Of a stretch of DNA of 64,000 bases, positions 37,311 through 50,749 are shown piece by piece. How positions within the stretch are numbered: the stretch's first letter is position 1; each line of letters begins with the position of its first letter. Below the pieces are notes generated by a model. It saw only the letters and a list, made by a program, of their open reading frames with translations. It was not told where the DNA came from and did not search any database. The position numbers were made by a program, and so were the translations under genes. Origin of the DNA: the human T2T-CHM13v2.0 reference genome, Homo sapiens; assembly GCF_009914755.1 (NCBI RefSeq), contig NC_060927.1; one strand, written 5' to 3'.

Positions 37311-38905
37311 GATTTGATTTTTATATATAGTGAGAGATAGAGGTCTAGTTTCATTCTTCTACATATGGATATTGAGTTTTCTCAGCACCATTTATTGAAG
37401 AGACTGTCTTTTCCCCAATGTATGCTATTGGCACCTTTGTCAAAAATGGATTTATTGTACATGTATGAATGGGTTTCTGGGTTCAATATTCTGTTCCATT
37501 GGATTTTGCGCCTGTTTTTATGACAGTACCATGCTGTTTTGATTCCTATAGCTTTGTAGTATAATTTGATGTCAGGTAATGTCATTCATCCAGTTTTGTT
37601 CTTTTTCCTTTGGATAGCTTTGGCTACTCTGGGTCTTTTGTGATTTCATATAAATTTTAGGATTTATTTTTCTATTTCTGTGGACAATGTCATTGGTATT
37701 TTGATAGAGATCACATTAAATCTGTAGATTGTTTTGGGGGTATGGACCTTTTAACAATATTGATTCTTCTAATCTATGAACATCGAATACCTTCTTGTGT
37801 TTTTGTGTTCTCATCAATATCTTTCATCAGTGTTTTATAGATTTCATTGTATTAGATGTTTCATTTCTTTGCTTAATTCCTAGGCATTTAGTTTTATTTG
37901 TGATTATTGCAAATGTGATTACTTTTAGATTTCTTTTTCAGATTGTTCATTGTTGGCATACAGAAATGGTACTGATTTTTTAGTTTAGTTTTGTATCCTG
38001 CATCTTTACTTATTTTTTTATCAGTTGTAATAATTTTCTAGTGGAATCTTTAGGTTTTTTTCAAATATAACATCATGTCTTCTGCAAACAAGGATAATTT
38101 GCCTTCTTGGTTTCCAATTTGGGTGTCCTTTATTTTCCTTCCTTTGTTCTAATTGCTCTAGCAATTAATTGCTCTAGAAACTCTAGAGTTTCTTGTACTA
38201 TGTTGAACAATAGTGGTGAAGTTGGTATCATTGTCATATTCCAGGTCTAAAAGAAAAAGATTTAACTTATGATACTAGCTATGGGTCTGTTATACATGGC
38301 TTTTATCATGTAAATGTATGTACCTTCTATATCTTCTGAGCTATTCTATAGCTTGTATAGATTTTTTTAGAGTTTTTAACATGAAGGGATGTTGAACTTT
38401 ATCAAATGCTTTTTAAGCATCAATTGCAATGATCGTGTTTTTTGTGCTTCATTTTGTTGATATAATGTATTACATTGTTTGATTTTCACATGTTGAACCA
38501 TTCTTGCATACCTGGGATGAATCTTACTTGGTCATAATGAATAATCTTTTTAATATATTGTTAAATTTTGTTTGCTAGGATTTTGTTGATAATTTTGCTT
38601 CAACATTTATCAGCAATATTGTTCTGTATCTTTGTTTTTTGGGTGTGTCTTTGTTTTGTTTTGCTCTCGGAGAAATACTGGTTTCATAAAATGATTTTGG
38701 AAGAATTACTTCCATGTATTCCAAATTATTTTTTGGAATAGTTTTAGTAGTATTGGTATTAGTTCTTCCTTTAATGGGTAGAATTCAACTGTGAAGCCAT
38801 CAAGTCCAAGGATTTTATTTACTGGGAGACTTTTAGTATAACTTCAATTTTGTTACTTGTTATTGCTCTGGTCAGGTTTTGGATTTCTTTTGGATTTCTT
38901 GTCAG

Positions 38906-38909
<4 letters not shown>

Positions 38910-38963
<54 letters not shown>

Positions 38964-39137
38964 TATATATAGAGATAATTCTATATATATATAGAATTCT
39001 ATATATAGATATGAATTTATCAATTTCTTCTAGATTTCCCAATTTATTCACATATATTTGCTTAAATTCTTACATATATATAAGAATTTATCAATTTCTT
39101 CTAGATTTCCCGATTTATTCACATATAGTTGCTTAAA
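38910..39137. repeat. (TA)n tract plus 54-bp direct duplication within the L1
   Basis: gaatttatcaatttcttctagatttccc...gcttaaa at 39013-39066 and 39084-39137. Confidence 0.93.
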
Positions 39138-41555
39138 GTAGCCACTAATAATCCCGTGAATATCAGCAGTATCAGCTCTAATGTATACTTTTTCATCTCT
39201 GATTTTATTTATTTGGATCTTTTGTCTGTTTTTCTTAGTCTAGCTACAGGTTTGCCAATTTTGTTTATCTTTTAAATATATTTAATAATCCCTTTTTTCA
39301 TTTAAATTTCGTTTATTTTTGCTTGGTTCTTTATTATTCATTTTCTTTAATATTGGTTTGGTTTGCTATTGTTTTTCTAGTTCTTTAAGGTGCATCATTA
39401 GGTTATTTGAAGTTTTTCTTTTTTTGGATATGGGCACTGATAGCTATGAATTGCACTCTTAGTACCAATTTTGCCGTATCCCAGGTTTCGGTATGATGTG
39501 TTTTCATTACTATTAGTTTCATAAAATTTCTCAATTTTCTTCTTTATTTCTTAATTGACCTACAGGACATTCAGGAGCATATTGTTTAATTTCCATATGT
39601 TTTTATAGTTTTCAGAATTCCTCTTGTTATTGTTTTCTAGTTTTATTTCATTGTGGTCAGAGAAGATGCTTGATGTAGTATCAATTTTTTGGAATGTTTT
39701 AACTTATTTTATTACCTAATAATATGGTATATCTTGAAGAATGATCCATGTGCTGAGGAAAGGAATGTATATTCTGCAGCCAGGATGAAATGTTCTGTTA
39801 ATATTTATTAGGTCCATTTGTTCTATCGTGTAGATGAAGTTTGGTGTTTCTTTGTTGAATTTTTCTCTAGAAGATCTGTCGAATGCTGAAAGTGGGCTGT
39901 TGAAGTCCCCAACTATTATTGTGTATTGGTCTGTCTTTATATTTAGCTGTAATAATATTTATTTCATAAATCTGGGTGCTCCAGTGTTGGGTACGTATAT
40001 ATTTACAATCATTATATTGTCTTGCTGAATTGACACTTTTATCATTCTGTAATGACTTTCTTTGTCTCTTCTTACAGTTCTTCTCTTGAAATCTACTTTG
40101 TCTAATTATAGCTACTCCTTCTCTTTTTTGTGTCTTATTGGAATGAAATATCTTTTTCTAACCCTCATTTACAGTCTGTGGATGTGTTTATAGATGAAGT
40201 GTGTGTCTTGTATTCAATAGATTATTGGGTTTTGTTTTTATATCCATTATACCACTCTATGTCTTTTGATCAGAAAGTTTAGTTTACTTACATATTTAAA
40301 TTCAATGTTATTATTAAGTAAGGACTTATTTCTGCCATTTGTTATTTTTTTCTAATTGGCTTGTAGTCCTTTCTTCCTTCTTTCCTTTTTTCCTTTCTTC
40401 CTTTATTGAGGGTGATTTTCTCTGCTGCCAAAATTTAATTCATTGCTTTTTATTTTTGGTCTATCCCTTGTACTTTTGTTTAACCATGACACTTGCAAAT
40501 GGTGTCTTGTAACCCATTATTTTAACGTGATGACACCTTAACACGGATTGCATAAAAAACCAAAAATGCAAAAGGAAAACTAAGAAAAACTCTACACTTT
40601 AACTTTTTGTTTCTGCTTTTTAACTTTTTGTTCTTTCTCTTCATGTCTTATTGTATATTTATGTCTTAAAAAGTTGTTGTAGTTATTTTTTTAGCTTGGC
40701 TCATTATTTAATGGTCTTGTTGCTTAAGAGTAGTTTACACTGCAGTGTTATAATATTCTGTTTTTCTGTGTGTTTACTATTACCAGTGAGTTTTGTTTTT
40801 TCAGGTAATTTCTTCTTGCTTATTACCATCCTTTCTTTCAGACTAAGGAACTCGTGTTTCATTTCTTGTGGGACAGGTTGGTGTTGATGAAATTTCTTAG
40901 CTTTCATTTTTCTGTAAGATCTTTATTTCTCCATTCTTGAAGGACATTTTTGCTAAACATACTATTCTAGGGTAAAAGTTGTTATCTTTCAGCAATTTAA
41001 ATATGTCATGCCACTCTCTCCTGTACTGTAGGGTTTCCACTGTCTTCTGTCAGACATATTAGAGCTTCCTTGTATGTTATTTGTTTATAATCACTTGTTG
41101 CTTTTTGGATTCCTTTTTAATGCTTGACCTTTGGGAGTTTCATTATTAAATTCCTTGAGGTAGTATTATTTGGGTTAAATGTGCTTGGTGTTCTATAACT
41201 TTTTTCTACTTAGATATTGATATATTTCTCTAGGTGTGGGAAGTTCCAGGATTGTTCCCCGATGCCTTATTTAGTACACTTGATGAGGTCATGGTTTCCT
41301 TGCTGGACTTGATGCTTATAGATTGTTGGTGTCTGGGCATTGATTAGTTAGGTATTTATTGTGGTCTTCATAATCTGGGCTTGTTTGTGCCCATTCTATT
41401 TGGGAAGGCTTCTGTAGTATTCAAAGGGACTTGGGCTCCAAACCTAGTAATGCTGTGATTGTTGGTGGTCATGCATAAGATCTGAAAGAATTCTCTGGAT
41501 TACAAGGCAAAGACCCTTGTTTTTTTCCCTTACTTTCTCCCAAAGAAATGGAGTT

Positions 41556-41557
<2 letters not shown>

Positions 41558-41611
<54 letters not shown>
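41558..41611. repeat. (CT)n microsatellite in the L1 5'UTR
   Basis: Perfect CT dinucleotide run. Confidence 0.97.
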
Positions 41612-41614
<3 letters not shown>

Positions 41615-44351
41615 CAGTGCCTGGTACTCTGGGTGGGGTGATGCAAGATGCAAGTACCCCTGTGGCTACCTCCTCTGGCACTGCCCTGGGTGAGACCTAA
41701 AGCCAGCATAGCCCTGAGTCTTGCCCAAGGCTCACTATAACCACTACCTGGCTGCTGCCTATGTTCACTCAAGGCTGTAAGGCTCTACAATCAGCAGATG
41801 GTGAAGTCAGCCATGTCTGTGAACTTCTCTTCAGGGCGGTGAGTTCCTCCAGGCCCCAGGCAGGTCCAGAGATGCTATCTGGGAGCCAGGGATTGGAGTC
41901 AATAACCTTAGAAATCTACCTAGTATTCTATTCTACTGTGGCTAAGCTGGCTCTCAAACCACAAGACAATGTTTTTACTGCTATCCCTCCCCTTTCCACA
42001 GGCAATGGAGCCTCACTCCATGGCCACCACCACCACCACCAGCTCATAGGCTGTTCTGCTGAGCCACTCCTAATATTTGCTTAAGGCCCAAAGCTCTTCA
42101 GTCAGGTTATGGTGCATTCTTCCAGGCCTGGGACTCACCCTTCAGGGCAGTGGGTTCCCCTCTGTCTCAGGGAAGGTCCAGAAATGCTGTCCAAGAAATG
42201 AATCTTGGACTTAGGGACCCCAAGAGCCTGCCTGGTGCTCTGTCCCATTGTGGCTGAGCTGGTACTGGAAGCCAGCATGTCTCAGTATGTCAACCAAAGC
42301 CCATAGTGTAGTACCTGGGTATCGCTATCAGTTATTCGGGGCACAAGGTCTCTTCAGTCAGTAGGTGAAGAATTCTGCTAGGAATTGGTCCTTCCCTTCC
42401 TGGCAGTGGGTTTCCTTGTGGCCAAAGATATGTCTAGAAATGTCGTCTGAGAGCTAGAGCCTGAGATGGTGGCCTCATGACTCTCCCCATGGTCCTATCC
42501 TATTCTACTGTGGCTGAGCTGGCATCCAAGATGCTAGACATAGTCCTTTTTACTCTTTCCTCTTCTAAAGCAGAGGGAAGGAATCACTTTAATTGCTGTG
42601 AGCTGCACTGCCTGGGGTTGGGTAAGGGTGGCACAGCTACTCCACCAACTGGTCTTTCTGACGTCCCACTAGGTCACACACTCCCCCAATCCACTTACTC
42701 TTCAGACCAAAACAGCATCAGGACTTGCCTAGAAATTTTAGTCTTTGTGTCTTAGACTGCATTTCAAGTTTATTTTCAACTTCAGAGCACTTTAGATTGA
42801 AATGATGAGGCTTGCCAAGAAACTCAAGTTCTGACTGCTGGGATGGGTGTTTCTCCTCTGGCTGGGTCTGGTCCAAATGTTCCCTCCATGGGTGGGCATT
42901 GACTAAATTCAGTATGGTTTGGATGTCTGCTGTGACAGGTCCGTGCTGAGTTCAATGTAAAGTCACCCATTCACTGTGTTCTCCCTCTCCCAAATGCACA
43001 GATTCTCTCTCCACACCATGAAGCTGCTGCTGAAGGAGGGAAGAGGGCTAGTGTTGGCAATCCAAGACAGTCTTTTCTACACTCTTCAGTGTCTCGTTAA
43101 ACTACATGAAGCTAAAACCAGGTACTTTGATTGTTTATCTGATTTTTAGTTGTTATGAAGGTGCTTTTTTTCTATGCAGATAGTTAAAATTTGGTGTTCT
43201 GGTGTTGGAGATGATCAGTGGAGCCTTGTATTACACCACGTTACCACACCCTCTGAATTCTCTATTCTGTTTTATTGGTCTTTGTTTTTATAGCAATGCC
43301 ATGCTGTTTTGATTGTTATAACCTTATAAAATATCTTCATGTCAGATAGTGTGATGCCTCCTTCTTTGTTATTTTTGCTTGAGATTGCTTCAGTAATTTT
43401 GGCTCTTTTTTGATTCTATATCAATTTTAGGTTTGCTTTTTCTACTTCCAAGAAAAGTTACACTGATATTTTGATAGCGATTGCATTGAATCTGTAGATT
43501 GCTTTGGACAGTATGGTCATTTTAATTCTTTAAATCCATGATCATGCAATTGCTTTTCATTTGTTTATGCCTTCAGCTTATTTCTTCAATGTTTTATAGT
43601 TTTATTTGTAAAGGTCTTTCACCTCCTTGTTTAAATTTATTCCTAGATATTTTGTGGAGCTATTACAAGTGGGATTGCCTTCTTGATTACTCTCTAAGCT
43701 ACTTAATTATTATCGTACAGAAACACTACTGATTGGTGTATGTTGACTTTTTATCCTACAACTTTACCAAACTTATTAGATCCAAGAGTTTTTTGATGAA
43801 GGCAAGGTTTTTCTAGGTACAAAATTATGTTATCTTAAATGAGAAACAATTTAACTTCCTTTTCAGTTTGAATGCCTTTTATTTTGTTCTTACTTCATTG
43901 CTTTGGTTGAGGCTTCCAGTAATGGGTGGAATAGAAGTGGTGAATGTGGACATCCTTCTCTTGTTCCAGGACTTAGAGGAAAGGCTTTCAGCTTTTCCTC
44001 ATTCAGTATGATGTTAGCTGTGGGTGTGATATATGACCTTCATTACGTTATGTTTCTTCAGTGCCTAGTTTGTTAAGAGTTTTTATTATAAAGCGACGCA
44101 GGATCTTATCAAGTGCTTTTTCTGCATCTATTGAGATAATCATATGGTTTTTGACCTTCATTCTGCTGATTGATGTGTCATGTTTATTGATTTACATATG
44201 TTAAACTATTATTGAATCCCCAGGATAAAACCTACTTGACCATGGTGTTATATTTTTACACATGTGATACTGGAATTGGTTGGCTAATAATTTTTTGAGG
44301 ATTTTTGCATCTATGTTTATCAGGGATATTGACTTGTAGCTTGTTTGCTTG

Positions 44352-44451
44352 TTTCCTTCCTTACTTCCTTTTCCCCTTCCTTCTTTCCTTCCTTTCCTTT
44401 CTTTCCTTTCCCTCTCTCCCTCCCTCCCTCCTTTCTTTCTTTTCTTTTTTC

Positions 44452-44482
<31 letters not shown>

Positions 44483-44511
44483 CTTTTCTTTTCTTTTCTT
44501 TTCTTTTCTTT

Positions 44512-44556
<45 letters not shown>

Positions 44557-44592
44557 TTTCTTTTCTTCTTTCTTTCTTCAGTTTCCTTTTTT
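44352..44592. repeat. Polypyrimidine compound repeat (TTCC/TTTTC/TTTC)n
   Basis: About 240 bp of almost exclusively C and T. Confidence 0.95.
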
Positions 44593-45037
44593 TGCTTTCT
44601 ATCTTACTTTTTTATCTGGTGTTGGTATCAGGGCAATGTTGGCCTCAGAGACTGAGTTTGGGAAAATTTTCTTCTCTTCAATTTTTTGCAATTGCTGGAG
44701 AACTGGTGCTAGTTCTTTTTTGTACATTTTGTGGAATTTGGCAATAAATCCACACAGTTTTGGACTTTTCTCTGTTGGGAGACTTTTTATTATTGATTCA
44801 ATCTCATTTTTTCTATTGGTCTGTTCAGGTTTACTATTGTTTTTAATGATTCAATTATGGTAGGTTTTATGTGTCCATAAATATATCCATTTTCTCTGGA
44901 TTTTTTAGTTTGTTAGTGAATAATTGTTCATAATAATTTCTGATCCTCCTTTGTATTTGTGTGGTATCAGTTGTCATGTCTCCTTTTTTGTTTCTGGTTT
45001 TATTTTGGGGGGTATTCTCTCTTTTAGTCTTGATAAC

Positions 45038-45457
45038 TGATATAGTTTGGATATTTGTCCTCACTCAAATCTTATGTTCAATTGCAATTCCCAGTGCTGC
45101 AAGTGGGGCCATTGGAAGTATTTGCATCATGGGGGTGGATTTCCGATGTCATGGTTCTATTTTCAAGATAGTGAATCTCGTGAGATCTGCTCATTTAAAA
45201 GTGTGTGGCACCCCCTTGAACACACACTCTTGTTTGCTCCTGCTTTTTCCATGTGACGTGCATGCTCCCCCTTCACCTCTACCATGATTCTAAGCTTCTT
45301 GACGCCTCCCTAGAGGCCAAGCAAATGCCAGCATCATGTTTTTGTAAAAAACCTGCAGAACCGTGAGCCTTATTCCTTTATAAATTAAACTTCTTTTCTT
45401 CATAAATTACCCAGTTTCCATTGTTTCTTTATAGCAATGCAAGAATAGCCTATTGTA
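45038..45457 (+). mobile_element. MSTA/MSTB-like MaLR solo LTR inside the outer L1
   Basis: tgatatagtttggatatttgtcc...ataaattacccagtttc...gcaagaatagcc. Confidence 0.85.
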
Positions 45458-48400
45458 GTTACTCTAGCTAGTGTTTCATTGATTTTATCTTTTAAAAAAT
45501 CAACTTTTCATTTAATTAATCCTTTGCATTTTTTTTAGTCCGTTTCATTTAGTTCTGCTCCTTTTCATTGGTTCTTTCCTTCTATAATTTTGGATTTCGT
45601 TTGTTGTTGCTTTTCAAGTTCCTTGTGGTGCATAATTGGATTACTTATTTGAAAATTTTCTACTTTTTTGGTGTAGGCATTTATTGAAATAAAATTCCCT
45701 CTTAGAACTGCTTTTACGTTATCGTATATGTTTTGATATGCTATGCTTTGTTTTTTATTTGTGTCAATAAATTTTTTTATTTTCTGCTTAATTTTTTGAC
45801 TCTTTGGTCATTCAGGAACATGTTTAATTTTCATATATTTTCATATATTTGTATAATTTTCCTATTTCATAATTTCATATATTGAAAAATATTTCATAAT
45901 TTTCATATATTTGTACAGTTTACAAAATTCCTGGGTACATACATGTTTGGAATGTTTATATCCTCTTGCTGAATTGATTCCTTTATCTTTATATAATTAC
46001 TTTTTTCTCTCTTTTTATAGTTTTTGACTTAAAGTCTGTTTTATTATACAAATATAGCTATTGCGTGAGCTTTTGGTTTCTGATTGCATGAAGTATCTTT
46101 CTCCATCACTTTACTTTCAGTCTGTATATGTCTTTCCTTGTAGGTAGCATATAGTTCGGTCTTTAAAAAAAAATCCATTCAGCCAGTATGGCTGTCATTT
46201 TATTAATTGATTTCTGGTTATTTTGTATATCGTTTATTTTTCTCTTATTACTTATCTTATGATTTGGGTTCCTGTAGTGGTAACATTTGCATTCTTTCTC
46301 TTCCTTATTGTCTGTTTGCTCTAAAAGTGAGTTTCACACTTTCATGTGTTTTCCTGATGGAATATATTTCACTTCTAGGATTAATACTCCCTTGAATATT
46401 TCTTACAGAACCAGCTAGTGCTAATGTATTTACTTAATTTTTTGTTTGTCTGAGAAAGACATTATTTCTCCTTTATTTATAAAGAATAACTTTGCTGGAC
46501 ATGCTTGAATTGCAGGTTTATGTTGTTTTTGTTTATTTTTTTCAGCATTTTGAATATACCATCCCATTCTCCCCGGTTGGTAAGGTTTCTGCTGAGAAAT
46601 CGACTGTTAATCTGATGAGGGCTTTCTTAAGTGACTTAATTCTTTTCTCTTGCTCTTTTTAGAATTCTTTTTGTCTTTGACTTTTAATACATATACTTTA
46701 ATATGCCATAAAAAACCTTTTTAATTGTATCTATTTTGGGATTTCTAAGCTGCCTGTATCTGTTAACTAAATCTCTTTCTAGACTTGGGAAGTTTTCATC
46801 CAGTATTTGTTAAATAGGTTTTCTAATATTTTTATTCTACCTTAGCCTTGAGGAGTACCAATAATTTGAGTTTTCCACTATGTTGCCCCAAGTGTCACAA
46901 AAGCTTTGCTCATTCTTTTTCATTCTTTTTTATTTCTTTATGAGTGGATTATTTCAAAAGACCTGTCTTCAAATTTCTAAGATTCTTTCTTCTGGTTGAT
47001 CTAGTCTATTCCTGAAGTATTCAAATGTATCCTTACTACATTCAAAGAAATTTTCAGTTCCAGAATTTTTGTTTGGTTCTTTTTTATATTAATATAAATA
47101 CAAATAATTTTAGTACAAAACAAATACCTAATATAAATATTAAAAAAGCAATTACTTTTCCCCCAACACAATATAAATATGAATAATTTTGGTACATTTC
47201 TAATTCATATCTTGAATTATTTCTCCGATTTCTTTGTATTTATTTGTGTTCTCCATGATCTCACAGAACTCCCTTAATATCACTATTTTGAATTCTTTTT
47301 CCAGGATCTCATCTGTTACTTTTTCATTGGAATCTCTTGCTGTAGCATTATTGTGTTTCTTTGGTGGTGTCATTTTTTTAAATGTTTCTTGTGTTTTTAC
47401 ATTTATATCTGCATGACTAGTGTGACAGTTGATGTTTCTAATTTTTAACATTTGCTTTCATAGAGTATACCTTTTTTCCTGAAGACCTATCTATGGTGTT
47501 GGTTGGGCACGGCACTTTGGCTTTGACTAGGTGGGTGCATTAATGGATTCTTCATCTTATTTCTTTGGCTGTAACAGTGTCAGTGATGTCTGTAATTTCC
47601 TCAGAGTTTTAGGGCAAGGTTTTCAGTGAAGGCTGTGGTGAAGTTATACTGTGGACAGCAATGCCAGGTGGACCAATCCTTAGACCCCAGTGGTGGCAGC
47701 GGCAGACTGAGTATGCAATCCCCTGGGCTCCAGGGTATTATACACCTACACTAGTGTTAGCAGGTCCAGACTTGATTTATTCTTGGGCCTCCAGGCAAAT
47801 TTCTTGAGTGCTGGTAATAGCAACAATGGGCCATGTGGGTGGATAGGTCATTTGGCTAGCAGGTGTTTGGGGTGATGGCAGTAGCAGTGGTATGACAACC
47901 TTCTGGCTTCCAGTCAATGCAGGTGTGAATATTAGATATGATAGGGTGAGTGGGCTAGTTCCAGGCCTGCAAGTGTCACAATTGAATGTGTACGAACTGT
48001 GCTGGTAGTGGCAGGTTGAATGGGCCTGAACTCAGGCCCCTAGGAGAAGTGTTCACATGCCAGTGATGGTGGATGTGGCTGGGTGATCTTTAGACTTCTG
48101 GACAACATACTCAGGCATTGGGGAGGAGGGTGGAGCTGGGTCAGGTGGACCTATCCTGAGGGCTTCCAGTGGTAAATGCAGGATCTGGTTGTGGTAGTGA
48201 CCCCAGGCTCCCAGTGGAATGGTTGGGTTTGAGTAGCACTGGCTATGCTTCTGCCCTGCTATTATGTCAGGTTTGCTTTTAACAGCAGCAGCTGTAGGCA
48301 GGTGACTGGGTAACTAGCACTTCAGCCTCAGATGGTAGCTTTAGACTAACAACCTATCTTCAGGGTGCTTGTAAATGTGTGGCCACTGTGCTGTTGGGGG

Positions 48401-49156
48401 CAGTGGTGTTGCTCCTAGTGGCTTTTGCTTTAGCCCTGGATGTAGCATTCAGCGGTGGCAGCTGTGGGTAGGAGAATGTCCTCAGGAAACATGAACATCC
48501 ACAGCAGCTCCATTACTGGGGACAGCAGGGTCACTGCATATGGGTTGCACTTTGGCTCTGGTGACAGTGGACAGCTGTGGTAAAAGCCACCGATGGGGAT
48601 GTCAATAGGGCTTAAGGGATATGGGGATGATGGGGCTGTTGGGTCGCAAGCCAGGGTGCAATCTGGTAGGCCTGGACTCTCAAAATGGTACATTTCTGTA
48701 GCTGCTTAGGACCTGGAGGATGTGTGGGATCCAGCATGAGCTCCTTCTCTGGAGCAATGACATTGTGCAGATTCCAGGGAACTCCTTGTGTTTGTCTCAG
48801 GACCCATGTGGGTTGATGAGCTCTCCCATGGCTAAAGTTGCAGAAGTCCATGGTGGGAATGTAAAATTCCAGGGATCTCTCACTTACCCATTTCCCACAC
48901 TGGAAACTTCTCCAGGTTCTTAGCCAATCCCAGTTGATCAAGCTTCCTTGCTTCCCTCTCTTTCCTTGCTTTAGGTATTCCTTGTCAATTTTTGTTGAAT
49001 TTCAGTGTATTCTCTAAGATGATATATTCTAAGGGTGATTATCTACTTGCCATTTTTTTTTTCTTCTTTGTGGAAGAAGTGAGTACCAGATGACTCTAAT
49101 CAGCCATTTTGAAGCCCCAGTGATTTGAGTCTTTTGATGCCAGAGAGTATCAAAAC

Positions 49157-49660
49157 CTTGGTAGGCAGAATGACAGCCTCCACATATGTCAGCATCCTAA
49201 CTCCCAGAAACTTTGGATATGTTATATAAACTGGCATGTGGGGATTAAGTTTGCAGATGGAACTGGGATTGTTAATAAGCTTACACTGAGGTGAAAAGAT
49301 TATTCTGGATTATTTTTGTGGGGCCAGTGTATTAGTGAATGTCCTTAGATGTGAAAAAAGGTGGCAAGAGAGTTAGAGTGATACAATGCAAGAAAGACCC
49401 TACCATCTGTTGCTGGGTTTAAAGATGGAAGGAGGCCATGAGTCGAGAAATGTGGGCAGTCTCTAGGAGCTTGGAACAGCGAGGGAATGGATTCTTCTAA
49501 AGCCTTCAAAAGGAATACTCATCTGCCAACACCTTGATTTTAGTCAAGTGAGACCCATTTTGGACTTCCAAACTCTGGAACTGTAGCATAATACATTTAC
49601 GCTGTTTAAAGCCCATAGGTTTGTAGTAATTTGTTATAGCAACAACAAAAATTGACTACA
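49157..49660 (+). mobile_element. MLT1D/E-like LTR, probably the 3' LTR of the MLT1-int at 32.8-33.7 kb
   Basis: tggtaggcagaatgacagcc...atctgccaacaccttgattttag...gtaatttgttatagcaac...ctaca; preceded by the remaining internal tail (cttttgatgccagagag). Confidence 0.82.
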
Positions 49661-49739
49661 TCTCATTTGGGAAATGGTCAAAATTTTTGTTTTTGTTTTT
49701 GTTTTTGAACTTATTTTCACCCCAGGCTCTCTGCTGTCC

Positions 49740-50143
49740 CACTCTGACTTTAATTTCTTTTTTCTCATGATCACCAGTTACGGTCTATAGGTAAAATTTT
49801 GCAAGTCAACATTAATTATATTTGTGTTTTTCAGCTCCCAGGAGTTCTTTTTTTCCTCAACTAACTCGAAGTCGTTATTTAGAAATTTGTTTAAATGTTA
49901 GCTGAATTTATCCTTCTTGCTTTTTAGCTTACTGCATCTGCCCCAGGTAAGCAACTGCTTATGTCCTGTCTCTTCTTAGATAACCCTGTATTTCTTTGAA
50001 TTTTGGTTAGTTTATTTCCCTGTGATCTCAGTTCACTGATAAGTTTAAGAAATTTTTGTTTTGTACATTGTCCAGCTTTTTATGTTACTGTTGTAAGGAT
50101 GAGAAATAATGCTTTTTGTAGCATTATACATCCTAATTAGAAG
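49740..50143 (-). mobile_element. Ancient L1M 5'-end fragment
   Basis: ccctgtgatctcagttcactgataagtttaagaaa...tgtccagctttt; resembles 10850-10990. Confidence 0.5.
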
Positions 50144-50423
50144 CTTGAAATCCCATTCCTCTTGTCTGGAAGGCTCCCAGTTTTGATGTGGAGATATGTT
50201 TTATCCTTATATGATGTTGATTATTGTGCAACTAAGCTTAAAGTAAACTGTAGGAGTCATTCTGGACAGACACTGCCTTTAGAGACTGAGTTTAAGGGAA
50301 AGAAATATATGCTGGCTATGTCAGAAATCACCCCTAATTCTCTCTGCCTTCAGACTGAGTTGGTAAAAAGAATCTTCTTTCCTCCTTAAGAAAGCCCTTA
50401 AGAAAGCCTCCTTAAGAAAACTA

Positions 50424-50749
<326 letters not shown>

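Noticed and set aside
44305-44863. Longest ORF (172 aa, F/S/L-rich)
   Set aside because: Stop-free polypyrimidine repeat within an antisense L1.
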